Translations under genes and position numbers: made by a program
The notes under the pieces: model-generated
Databases searched by the model: none
Told to the model about the DNA's origin: nothing
Seen by the model: the letters and a program-made list of their open reading frames with translations, nothing else
Shown here: piece after piece, positions 9,786-24,324 of the stretch
Layout of the letters: each line of letters opens with the position of its first letter
Numbering within the stretch: the stretch's first letter is position 1
DNA from: Phaeosaccion multiseriatum
Lineage: Eukaryota > Protista > Ochrophyta, other classes
Length of the DNA: 64,000 nucleotides
Direction of reading: 5' to 3'
Assembly: GCA_965112735.1 (NCBI GenBank)
Contig: OZ218955.1
Span: forward strand, 2,418,001 to 2,482,000

Positions 9786-12343
9786 CTACTCGGCGTGTGT
9801 CGCAATGCCATGTAAGATTTCGTTGGCATAGGCCATGTCGCCGTCTCCGATCACTACAACGTCGAAGGCCCGGGCGTACTTGGGCAGCTTGTCCAGCACG
9901 TCCCCGTCCACCTTTAAAAAGCCCACGGAGATGTGCTCCTCCTTCCCGGGCAGGCCTTGCATCAGGCCCAAGTCGCCCATGTCTCCTCCCAGCAGGAGGA
10001 CGTTTCCCCTGCTGGTGAGGACGGAAGTGTCCATGCGAGCGTTCTTCAAGAACTCGAGGATGGTCTTGCCGCTCTTGTTGGCCTCGTGAATGAGGGGCAC
10101 GGCGTCGTACATGCCAATAATGGTCATGGTGTCGTCTGTGGTGAAGAAATTGCCTACAATACGGATGTTGGGGTTGAAGGCGCCGCTGGGGCCGAGGATC
10201 TTCGGCGCCCCTCGCTTGATCACTTCCATGGCGACATTGCCTGCAGTGTGAATGAGTGCAAGAGAGAGAGGGAAAGTGTGTTGCAGGCATACAGAGGGTT
10301 TAGGGGTGGGCCTTGGATCCCTTGCTCGCCCACAGCTGTGATGAGGATGACGCACCGTATCCCGCGCAGTAGACGGTGAAAGGTACTCCGCGGAAGGCGA
10401 GACCCCCCAACATATCGTTGACTCCGTCTCTAAGGGGTATACTCGCTAGCTGCGACTCCACAGCGGGGCCAATGCTCGAAATGTGGGCGCCCCCTTCCAT
10501 GGCCGCCGTCGCGTACACCTTGTTTTTTCATTGACGATGAAAGCAAGCAAAGCGAGCGTTCTTGTTTCATTGATGAGGAAAGCAAGCAAAGCCAGAGTTT
10601 TTCCACACACAAGAGTCAGAGCGGTGGCGTAGCAGCGGTCCTCCCGGCCAGCAAGGGCTCACCTTTCGGATATGCTCTTCCAGGGCCTTGATGCGCGCTT
10701 CGGAAGTCATTTCTTTCCCCTCCGCCTGCATCCTTCGCTTGAAATCACTGCGGAGATAGCGAATCTTCTTGGCGGCCTCGGGAAGCATCACGTACTGTTC
10801 ATGGTTGAGGGGCAGAGCGCAGCAACAGTTCTGGTGAGGGAGGGTGGACTCGAGCAACACCAATCACCACCGAAGAGGGCCGCCATACCTGATTCTGCTC
10901 CAACAATTCAGTGCTCCGAAGAGTGGGACGTGTGGACGCGGCCTCCGTGAACCTCGTGAGACAGTGGTCGAACGAACAGAGCACTTGCAGCTTGCCCATG
11001 CCGTCGGCCGCAAACTTTTTCCTCTTCCTCTGCAGCTCGTTCGGCTTGAGCACAAAGACAATGCTTTCATCCACCTTGACATACTCAGGCGTACCCGGCC
11101 CTCCATCCTTCATCAAGTCCTGCCCGCCCATCATGCCATTGAAGCCGTAGGCTGGTGGAGGTGCCTGGACAGGCTTCTCCAGAGTACTTCCTTTCGGCCG
11201 AAACGAAGGGGCACCTCCCGCCTCGCCCGTGGCCCCGCTGCCCGCTCCCTGCTGGTCACTATTGTCTCCCTGAAAAACCTTCCCCTTGATGCGATCCCAT
11301 ACGCCCTTCTCTGGGCCTTGAGGGTAGTGCTGCCCTTGTTGCCCTTGCCCCCCCTGCTGAGGCGGCCTATGCTGCTGATGCTGATGCTGCTGCTGCTGCT
11401 GCTGCTGCTGCGGATACTGCTGCTGTTGTTGTTGGCTTGGCGGTCTTTGCTGCTGTTGTGATTGTCCCTGACCGGGAGGTCCATATGCACCCCTCGCTGG
11501 ACCTGCCACTGTCAACGCGCCTCCAACACCACCCTGCTTTTGTTGCTGCTGCTGTTGCTGCTGCTGTGGATTCTGAGCGGGCTGCTGCTGCCCTCCCCAG
11601 TACTGGGACTCTCCGTAGCCCCCGCCCCCACCCCCCCCACCCCCTCCTCCGTATGCGCCCTGGTGCGGCTGTTGCTGTGAACCATCTTCCCCTCTAATCT
11701 TGTTTGCCAAGCGTGACAACAGCCCGGGCCCCTCTACCTGCGGCTTTGGTTGGTACTGCTGCTGCTGGGGCGGTGGTCTGTATTGCTGCTGCTGCTGTTG
11801 CTGGTAAGGGCTTCCTACTGCAGATCCGGGAGGACCAAAACTCCCTCCTCCTGCCGCTCCGCCGGCTGGGCGTTGGCCGAGGTATTGTTGCTGCTGCTGC
11901 TGTGGGTACCCATGCGAGACCCCCCCCCCACCCCCTCCCCCCGGCTCTGGTTGACCTCGACGTGCCTGTTGTTGCTGCTGCTGCTGCTGATGCTGCTGCT
12001 GCTGCTGATGCTGCTGCTGCTGCTGCGGTTGCCTCGGCGGCGGCTGCTCATCTCTGCTACTGCTACTGCCGTAAGGCCCGTACCCCGACACAGAATGCCC
12101 GCCCACGGGAGCTGCCGAGCTAACTGGAAGCCCGTCTTTAGGTGGTCTCTGCTGCGGCGGCTGTTGTCGCTGCTGTTGCTCTAGTGGCTGCTGCTGCCAT
12201 TGCTGCTGTTGCGGGGCTTGGCCCCGTGGAGGCTGCGGCCGCCCTGCTTGCGAGGGATACCCACCCCCGCTCTCCTGTGCAAACGCTACTGGCGAGAGAG
12301 TAAGAAGCAGGAGAGTGAAGGGCTTACTTACAACCCCTAACAT
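9786..12343 (-). CDS. Pyrimidine 5'-nucleotidase (NT5C3/UMPH-1)-like HAD protein with signal peptide and Q/P/G-rich N-terminal extension
   Basis: KLQVLCSFDHCLTRF, IPLRDGV, PFTVYCAGYG, NIRIVGNFF, LIHEANK, RGNVLLLGGDMGDLGL, SVGFL and YARAFDVVVIGD are collinear with NT5C3. N-terminus is MLGVVSKPFTLLLLTLSPVAFA-QE. Confidence 0.8.
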
Positions 12344-12643
12344 GGCGATCACCTCCGCCTTCGACTGCACTTCACAGCGATCTCACAGCGGCAAAGCAGC
12401 CACTTGGCGGCCAAGGGGGAATGAGGAAAAGGATTGAAAATCGATATGATCGATATCATATCTCACTATCCGACTTTTTCTTCTTGCTTTGTAACTTTGT
12501 AACGTCCTTTCTCAAGCCCTTCACGTGCTTTCTTTTGGAAAGAGAGGAGGGGAGGAAGTGGTGATAGGAGAGGTTCGGTTCGCCGGCCGAGGAGGTGGAG
12601 GTGGGTGTTGCTTCTCCTTCTGTAGTCAATCCCTCCAGTGAAG

Positions 12644-13015
12644 ATGGAGGGCGGGCGGGCGCTCGTCCGGAAGATCCAACCAGAGTCCTCGAAATCCGAT
12701 CCCACATACGAGAAAGAGAGAATGGCGGTGTTGCAGAGATTGCGGCTGGCTCCTTCGCCGAAGACCGAGTCACCATCCGCGAGCAACCACCACGGCATCA
12801 CAGCTAGGCGCAAGAGAGACGAGAGAGGCCGTGAGCAACTAAAGACCAAGGCCCTGGTGCCTACTTGGAAGGAGCTCAGGCGAAGCCACTATGAGGAACT
12901 AAAGACCTTGGGCCGAATCGAAAGGCAAGCTGCGGGGGCTCGAGAAATTGAGGCAGCAACGAAAGAAAAGAGAGCTATACCGGAGTGGGCCTTCGCCGCT
13001 CTCTTAGGATCGTAG
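12644..13015 (+). other. Possible orphan ORF (basic/charged, about 123 aa), uncertain
   Basis: ATG-initiated ORF in a 1.5-kb gap, divergent from the NT5C3-like gene. No recognisable motif. Confidence 0.2.
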
Positions 13016-13313
13016 GCACCACTCCCAAGAAGGGATGGGAGAAAGAGGCCCTCTCAGTGGCGCTCTTTCAGCACAAGATCGAAGCAGCACCAGATTTCAG
13101 AGGGCTCTCTCCCGAGCTGAGCGTCGCCTCAGTCGCTCGCGATCAGCATTCTTCGGGGAAGCTCTGCTCACACAAGCAGAGAGAGGGTGTTATTTCTCCT
13201 TGCCACAAACCGTCTCTTCATCTCTGGACGAGAATCCCTGAGCAACCAGGAGGCGAAGCATGTCAGCAGCCGATGGGCATGGAGCCCATGTGCTCCCTGG
13301 TACTACTACATGG

Positions 13314-13675
13314 TACCACCAGCGTCAGCTGGCTTTCATCTGCTACCTATTGCCCACCCAAGCCGGCGCGTGCCTCCACTTCGAGTCCTGAAGTGCTACC
13401 GACGTATTCTCGGTAGCAGGTAGCACGCCCTGGCGCTGATGCCGTCGGGACGTCGGTAGCAGGTAGCACGCCCTGGCGCTGATGCCGTCGGGGGGGGGGT
13501 GGGGGGGCAGGCCGTTCGGTAGCAGATCAAGGCCGGCTGACGCTGGTGGTAGCAGGAAGCACGCCGGCTGACGCCGGCGGTAGCAGATAGCAACTAGCAG
13601 TTCAGGGGTCGATCATCTTGGGGCAGCTATCTGCTAACGTCGGCGTCAGCGCGTCAGCCGGCCTCTCCTGCTTCT
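13314..13675. repeat. GC-rich fold-back/palindromic element (MITE-like) with an internal 43-bp tandem duplication
   Basis: 13314-13347 is a near-perfect reverse complement of 13518-13551. Central hairpin tgctaccga/tcggtagca at 13394-13418. 43-bp unit at 13410-13452 repeated from 13453. Second inverted pair at 13567-13591 and 13626-13650. Confidence 0.75.
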
Positions 13676-13913
13676 GGGCGGGGCTACTGGGCACAGGCCT
13701 GATGCTGCCGAAGAATCGGTCCGCAGGCCAAAATATGTTGCACAAGTCGCCGTGGCCCGAGTTATCTAAACGTCGCCACCGCTTTACATGGCCTTGGTCT
13801 GTGCTTGCGTAAGGTCATATCTCTCTCCCGCCACAGGTCCTTATCCTCTCAAAACTTACGAACAGTGAGTATCACAGGTCGAAGAGTATTTACAACGCGT
13901 ATTTATAATGGCA

Positions 13914-14578
13914 TCACTGACTCTTCCGGGAAGCACCCTTCTTAATCGCCTCCTTCAGGGAAGAGAGGTGTTGTTGGAGGTTGTCGACCTTCCGATGCTT
14001 GGTCACTGGTGCTCTGAACAGGGCGTGTGCGACGCAAATTACAACGCCCAATAGAAGCGAGCGGACCAGTGTAACTACAGCACCTGTAACCGATAAGATG
14101 GCGGTCCCCGCCACCGCTGCCAGCAATACTCTCGAGTTTACGTCGAGATTCCAGCCCGCGATGACACATGCCTCCGTGTTCATGGGCTGCAGATAGGCCA
14201 GAAGCAGTCCAGCCAAAACCAGGCCAAGTAGTAAGGTTGGGCTACAGAGCACCCCTAGCAGTGATGTGGCGAGAAATACAACCAAGTAGTTTACCCTAAA
14301 GTATAAAGCATTGCTATGTATTCGCTGCTGCAAGACACTCAGCTCTCCCCCCGGCTTTGTGAGGGGTCCAGAGAACTGTGCCAAAGACCGAGCTTCACGC
14401 CAATCAATCCAATCGTCATCAAGAGCGTCCCTGAGTGAGCTCAACACGTTGCCGACGGGCGACGAGCTGACTCTCTCTCGCGTTCTCTGGAGGGGAACAG
14501 CATCAATGGAGCAGGAGAAAATATAATAATTTTCAAAAATTTCTCACTTCAGATGAAGAGTACACGTACCCGAGCCAT
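13914..14578 (-). CDS. PRA1 family protein (prenylated Rab acceptor)
   Basis: QRIHSNALYFRVNY, four hydrophobic segments and CVAHALFR. A 9-nt first exon ATGGCTCGG|gtacgt splices in frame to ..ctccag|AGAACG. Confidence 0.85.
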
Positions 14579-14786
14579 TAGAGGGGGGGGGGGCTACCCC
14601 AATCTCTTAACACTCTCCAGCAGTAGAGGTCAAGGAGGATGGCCTGGTGCTAGAGGCGCGCACCGGCGTTTGCCTAATAGTAAAGGGGGGGTCCGGGTGC
14701 CCCAGCTGTGACTTGTACTTACAACATGCGAACTTTCCTTCATTAAGTCAATTAAACAATCAAATTTCCCCGCCTCACAATCCCCA

Positions 14787-17661
<2,875 letters not shown>

Positions 17662-17691
17662 TGGCAGAAGTAGACAGACTGATCGATGTCT

Positions 17692-20600
17692 TTATTGATC
17701 GACATCTCCTTGATGCCTGGCTTCTCGCCACTGTGCCTCGGCTGCCTCCGCCTTGATCTGCGTCCCTCCGCCCACCACCACTCCCTGGCCCTCTCCCCTC
17801 GGGGCAGTGGTCGATTCCTCAGTCACCCTGTGTGACGCTGCTGCTGTTGACGCTGCTTCTACTGCTGCGGCTACTGCTGCTGTTGTAGCTGCTGCCGCTG
17901 CTGCTGCTGCTGCTTCCTCGTCCTTTGCCCCTCCCCCCCCCCCGCCGCATCAGGCTTCGGCTTGATGTTGGCGATGAGTGCCGCCTGCGCCGAAGGAGCC
18001 CCTCGGCGCTCACGGTCGAAGGGTCTCTCAAAGGCCCCGAGCTGACCTAGCCCCAACTGCTGCATCATCGAATCTGCGTAAGAGTATTGCGACGTGGCAC
18101 CAGCGTCAGGTTGGAAGTATGTAGTTCACGCCTCCTCCACAAAGAATACACAACGCGCTCCCTCTCACCTTGCTCCTCCATGATCTCCGATTGTGTGGTG
18201 AGGACCTTCTTACGAATCTCCTCCAGGAGTACGTGCACCTCCTCCTCGTCGAGCCCGAGACTGCGCAGCACCGCCCCTCCGAACGGAAGACTCACGAGCA
18301 CACTGGAACACAGTTTGAGGTTTGGGGAGCACAGAGAGCAAACAAGTGGGGAGAGACGTCAGGTCGGTCGGCGAACCATTCCAAGCGATTGAAAAGGATG
18401 TGTATGTACCAAAGCTCACCTGTCCTCTGGCAGCACTGGCACCATGGCCACCACGTTGAGCGAGCCCTGCAGCCTCTTGCGGTGGTCGTGGTCCTTCGCT
18501 CGAACGAACATGGGCAGGTCCGGATACTCCCTCCTCGTCACCATGCAGGCCGTATTGGTCGCCTGCGTGTGCGCGTTACACAGCGTAAGCAGCTGGTCCC
18601 ACATGGCAATAGATAACCACCTTCACATACGTACCTTCAAGTCTGAGATGGTGCATATTAGAGCCTTACTCTTGCCCACGTTGAAGGCGTGCAACACCTC
18701 GCCCCTCCTGGCGTCTCCGTAGTACACGGGCAGTCCCTTTTGGCGAGCCTTTTTGGCCTTGAGCGGGTTCATCTCGAAGGCAATGTAGGGGATGAACTTC
18801 TTGTCGAGCAAGTCGCACACCATCTTGCCGATTCGGCCGTAGCCCACCACCGTCACGAAGTCGTCTCGGGCGATGATCTGAATAAGGGTGGGGGGGGGGG
18901 GGAGTGAAGCCATGAAGGCATGCTCTGAAATGTGTGAAGGGCAAAGACCACTTACCTCGCTGGCCTCCTTCCCTTCCCCATCTGCCTCGAAGGAGTTGAA
19001 CTTCTGCTTGTCCTCGATGGCCTGCGCAATCCAGTTGGAGAACTCTCCGAGGTACGGAGTTATCCCCATGCTCATGGCCACCGTGGTGACCAGCAGCTTA
19101 CACAGCTCGGGTTCCAAGATGCCGAACTTCGATCCCTACATGAAACGTGTGCGTGGGAGGAAGGGGTCAGTGTTTCGCCGTAGAAGGGGGGGGAGAATAG
19201 CAATGCCTGCCTTACCAGGCCGAACGCTACAAAGGCGAATTCTCCCCCTTGGCTGAGGAGCAGGCCGGTCCGCTGCGCGGATGTGAGGGACAACCCCACG
19301 GACAGACTGATGAGTGTGAGCAGGCCCGCCTTGAGGGAAAGGAGCCCCACCACAAGGCTGCCCACCAGAGGCAGGTTGCTGAGAATCAGCTCCATGTCCA
19401 CGCTGAAGCCCACGGTCATGAAAAAGAGACCCAGCAGCATGGCGCGGAGGGGAGCAACCTCTGCCTCCACCTGGTCCATGGCAACGTAAAAGTTCGTTGT
19501 TCGTTAGGCTAGGCCTAGGGGGGGCACCCGAAAAGAATAACTTGCGAAACACACCTGGTACCGATACTTGGTCTCGCACAGGAGCACCCCCGCCAGGAAG
19601 GCCCCCAGGGTGTTGCTGAGCCCGAGCCCCTCCGTGATGGTCGACATGGTGAGCACTGTGAGCAAGATGAGGGACATGAAGGCCTCCTGGTTCTTGGTCC
19701 GAGACACCTGCAGAGAGGGGGGGAGCAAGAGGGTAGCTTAGGGGCAGCGCTGGTTTGGTTTTGACCAGTTCACGCCAAGGCTGCTCACCACAAAAAAGAG
19801 CCTGTCCAGCAGAGTCGATCCGATAAAGGCGATGATTCCAAGCGCGAGCACAGCCTTGAACAACGCGGACCCCAGGGCCGCCGCCACTCCGGTCCCCCCC
19901 CCTGCCAGCAGAGGGATGGCCACCAGGAGGGGCACCACGGCAAGGTCCTGAGGAGGGGTGCAAGGGGGGGGGAGGGGAGAGCGCGCTTAGAACCCGCACC
20001 AGCGAGACAACGAGACACAGGCACGCCTACCTGGAAGAGCAGCACCCCGAAGCAAGCCCTGCCGTGCCTGGTCCCCATGGCGTCCTTATCCCTGAGCAGC
20101 TGCAGCACGAAGGCACTGCTGCTCAGCGCCAGCCCCCCTCCAATCACCACAAGGGCGGGGGCGTCCAAGCCTGCGAACGAGCCGACTGCGGCGATACTGA
20201 GCGCCGTGCAGATGTACTGCGAGAACAGACAGAACAAGGGGGGCACCGAACACACTGTAAGGGGGCTGCCCTGCCAGGGTGGGGCGCGGCTCCTGCGCTC
20301 TCTCCCTCATCCCTTAAGTACCTGGAGGAGACCCAAGCCGAAGACGTCCCTCTTCATGGACTGAACGAGAGAACATGACAAAGATTAACCATTTCTAAGG
20401 GTGAGGGAGCAGTGAAAAACCAGTTCTAGAACAAACAATTTGCTCACCTTCAGTCTGCTCATAGACAGCTCCAGTCCCATCTCAAAGAGGAAGAACACGA
20501 TTCCCAGCTCTCCAAGGATCTCCATGGTCTGCGGGGGGGGGGGGGGGGAGGGGGTTGAGGGGCAGCAGAGAAGGGAGGCACACTAGAATACCCCGGGCTA

Positions 20601-21836
20601 GGACGCACGTGCACATTGTCGACCACCATTAGGCCGTTGGGGCCAATCGCGAGGCCCACCGCGAGGAAGCCGATGATGGGACTGATTTTGAGCTTCTGAC
20701 ACGTGGGGATGGTGAGCGCCGTGATGAGCATGATGAGTAGAGTGTCCCGCTTGCTGCCCGGCACGTGGTGGTTAAAGTCGTGCACGATTTTGTCCCACTC
20801 CTTGCCCACCACTCTCTTCAGGGACCGCAGCTTCTCTCTGTCGCTGGCGGAGATTACATTCTTGAGCAATGGCTTGGCGTCGTGGGAAGAAGGCATCACG
20901 GCTGCTGTCTGCAGGCGTTGATGCTGCCTTGTCGGTCGGAGCTGCGCCTCGCCCCTGTTCCGGCCCTTGCGCGAAGGTGCCGCAACCCTCTGGTCCAAAA
21001 CACTGCTCACCCTGACCTTACTCCTCCGCCCCCCTTGCTGAGATCGGCGCTTGCTTGGCGCCTTTTGAGCGACAGTCGGCACCTCCTTCAGCGTGAGCTC
21101 CACATTCCCTTTGGAGGCAGCCGCCACTGCAGCCACGGAAGAGGAGGGGGCGAAAAGAGGGCCCCAAAGGCCCAGAGCAATGCTTGTTCCCACGGCAAGA
21201 CTCACGGCTCTCCGTTTCAGGATACTCAAAGCTTGCGCTGGGCCACCGCTTCTACTGCTGCTATCTGAGAGCCGACCCGCGCCGAGCCCTCTTCTTCTTC
21301 TGCACCACTCTAATAGAACCGCTCGTCGCCGCCTCCCCTTGTTCCACCTCCCACCACCGGCCGAAACAGCATCCCCATGGCTACTCGGAGCGCCGTCTCT
21401 TGAGTCTGGAAGGTCAGCCTCGCTTCTCAAAAGAAAGCAGAAACAAGGCTAATTTGGTTAAGGGCTGTTCGTTCGAGCAGCGCCAAGCAGCAGTGAGTTG
21501 GAAGATTCGAAGATTCGCTTACCTTTCTCGCCTCCCACGCAGACTTTTCAAGAAGATACTATTCCTGCCCCTCGTCCTGGACCACCACCAGCGAGAAGAG
21601 TCATCTGCCGGTGCTGCTGCCGCGGCAGCAAGATCGCTACGTCCCCTCCGTCGCTGACTCCTCCTTTCGCCATTCCCCACACGGCAAGAGGTTGGACAAA
21701 ACCCCACCCCTAGCTGCCGCTGCTGCTGCCGCTGGTACTGCTGCTGCCCGCGCAGAGAAGAGGGAACGCTTTGAAGCAGGGCCTGAGCTGGAGGTACTGC
21801 GAGGAGGAGGGCGGCAACAACGGCGGCGCGTGCCAT
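17692..21836 (-). CDS. KEA: CPA2 K+/H+ antiporter with TrkA-N (KTN/RCK) domain, plastid KEA-type (multi-exon)
   Basis: KISPIIGFLAVG, GGGLALSSSAFVLQLL, LLFQDLAVVP, GLSNTLGAFLAGVLL, LSQGGEFAFVAF, VVGYGRIG and YYGDA. N-terminal signal MARAAVVAALLLAVPPAQA-LL. The C-terminus depends on a C homopolymer (stop at 17871 as written). Confidence 0.92.
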
Positions 21837-22372
21837 CTCGCGCGGTTTGTTCGTCGACCTTTCAGCTGACTTCAACGCTCCACGAGCCACATGCCTCAGG
21901 ACGGACTACGCGCATAGAGCATCCGCCAACGTGTGCCGCTTTCTTTTGTCGCTGCCTTTTCTTGGGTGCTGCTGCTTGCTTGACGCGCGATTTTTCCCCT
22001 TATGGAGAGAGCCAGAGTAATGGGTGTCAGGACAGGGAAACCTTCTGGCACACGCACACGCCGAACATCACACGATTTGAACCAAAACACGGTCTAGTAT
22101 TGTTTACATGGGGTGAAAAGCACTGTTGTCCATCCCCCCTGAAGAATATACCATAAAACCTCTCCGTGCTGTATCCCTTCAATACAATGTGCAGCGCTGC
22201 ACAGAGGGCAAGAGACAGGGCCACTTTCTTATGCCTCTCTTTCAACCTACCCGTCCCAGCTCTGCTAAGCCCCCCTCTCCTGAGTGTGTGGCGCACACAC
22301 GCGCTCATAGATCCACTCATTGCGTTTGCCGTCCGCAGCCAAGCTCAAGCACCTGGTGTACGCTACCCCGCA

Positions 22373-23981
22373 TTACTCACTATGCCTCTCCCACCATCTC
22401 CCTATTCATGAGCTCCTCCTCCACCAGCAGCTCGGCCATGGTCTGGCGCGTGTTGGGGAAGGGGTACACCTCCGCGTCCTCCACCTCCAGCTGCACGCCG
22501 ATGAAGTACGCCTTTCATGGATATAGATGGGGGGGGGGGTTATCATCAGTGCCTGCAAAGAAACAAGCCTGCCTAGGAAAGGGGGGGAGGGGGAGGTGGA
22601 AACTTACCAGAGTTCCATCAGCGTGCATGAGGGGACTGAGCTGGAACTGATTGATGAAGACGGTTTCGTCCTTTCGGTAGTTGAGCAAGCACACCCGGGC
22701 AGACGTGTGGTTCTTCAGTGCGTTGCGGATCACGTCTACGTCCTCCTGACTAGTCTGCAAGCCCTGCAAGAAGCGGCAGTTGATGCCATTGATCTCTTCG
22801 CGGGAGTAACCCGTCATGTCAGAAAAGTTATCAGACACAAACACTGGGGAGGTCGGGAGGGAGGAGGACAGCACCGTGTCAGCACCGTGCCGGGAGGGGG
22901 GGGGCGTTGTAAGTTGAGAGGGCTTCACATTTACGATGCATGGGAAGGAAGGGTGGCAGTAGCAAGCAGTAGCAAGCAGTAGCAAGGCCTCTCTCACCTA
23001 TTGGGTTGTCGTGCAGGGCCGGGTCGGTGATGCAGAACATTTCTTGCCTGGCTTGGAGCGTACTGACTAGCTTCTCATCTCTCTCGCAGAGGACTCTATA
23101 AGGGGAGAAGATAGTCCAATCATTCCCCGGGCTCTGGCAGGACAGGGACACGCGGAAACGACCGGCAAAGCTCCTACTCGGCTGCTCCCTGGCCACCTCC
23201 GCGGACTCCACTGACTGCATTGACACGAGAATGCCTAACGTGTTGGCCCCGTCCTCAGTCTTGAGCCTACTCATGAACCACTGCGTAATCTTCTCGTCTG
23301 CCCCAATAACAGCCTCGCAAACATCCTTCTCTTCCGCCAACTTGAGCCCCTGTCGCAGGTCCTGTAAAGAGCAGCGTGCAGAGTAATTGGGGGGCAGGGA
23401 TGGGCATAAAAGAAAGCCCTCACAAACACGAAGCTGGGCCAAGCAAGTAGCAGGGAATGACAGCAACATGAACCCCCAAGTCATAGCATGAACGACCCAC
23501 ATACCTCCTCCTTCGTCGTCGCCTTCAGGGCTGCCAAAATGTCTGCTACTTTCTTTCCTCCTGCGGCCGCCCAGTCCTCCTGCGTGAAACCCGCATCGAC
23601 CATGGCTGCAGGGCTCATGAACAAGACGGGACTGCCCTCCGCCTGCGAGCCCACAACCATATACGGCGACCTGTGAAATGCCAGTGCCCTGACCAAGCTC
23701 AAATCGTGAGCAGACAGCGCGCCAGCCGTCGGCATCCACGGCGCCTCGTCCGGCTCGTTAGACACATCCCTAGCCTCCTCCGTGCGAGGGCCTATTCCCC
23801 CCTCTGCGCAGTGCCCCGCGATCCTCTTGCCCTCCCCCAGTCTTGAGTCCAATTCTTCATTATATGAAATGGGCGCCCCATTCGGGCCCCGTGGCGCAAA
23901 TGTCTCAGGCAATCCTTCTGATCCCTCTGAATCCTCCGCATCTCCCCTCTGCACATCCGCTGGGGGAGGACCCATGTCCAT
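22373..23981 (-). CDS. Tandem PAS(degenerate LOV)-LOV blue-light sensor without effector domain (multi-exon)
   Basis: C-terminal LOV: MFCITDPALHDNPI|VFVSDNFSDMTGYSREEINGINCRFLQG..LLNYRKD..FINQFQLSP..AYFIGVQ. Upstream PAS-like repeat: DLSLVRALAFHRSPYMVVGSQAEGSPVLFMSP. Confidence 0.88.
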
Positions 23982-24324
23982 GACCCTCCCTCACTCTCCT
24001 TCACACCCCGGCGCTCCTCTTGATCCCTTGTCTGTTCCTAGCCGTCTGCTCCGGCAAAAAACTGCTGCCGGCCCTCTTTCTCGGCTTCTTTTTCCTCCCC
24101 CACAGCAGGGTGGGTGCACACACTCCTTAGCCCAGGAATCAAACCTTACACAACCCTTACACGAGGCACAGGAGTACACGGTGAATAGACCTCGATGTGT
24201 CCCAGAAGAAAAAAAAACAGCGCCCCCCTGGGAGAGGTTGAAGCTCCCCCCCAGGGGAGGCGAGTGACACGATGTAAGGGGGGGCGGAAATTTCGCCCCT
24301 TTCCCTCTCTCCCTTCTTCCAGCC

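Noticed and set aside
22318-22352. VLELGCG methyltransferase-like motif downstream of the LOV exon
   Set aside because: A stop follows within a few codons and no further domain is present; likely chance.
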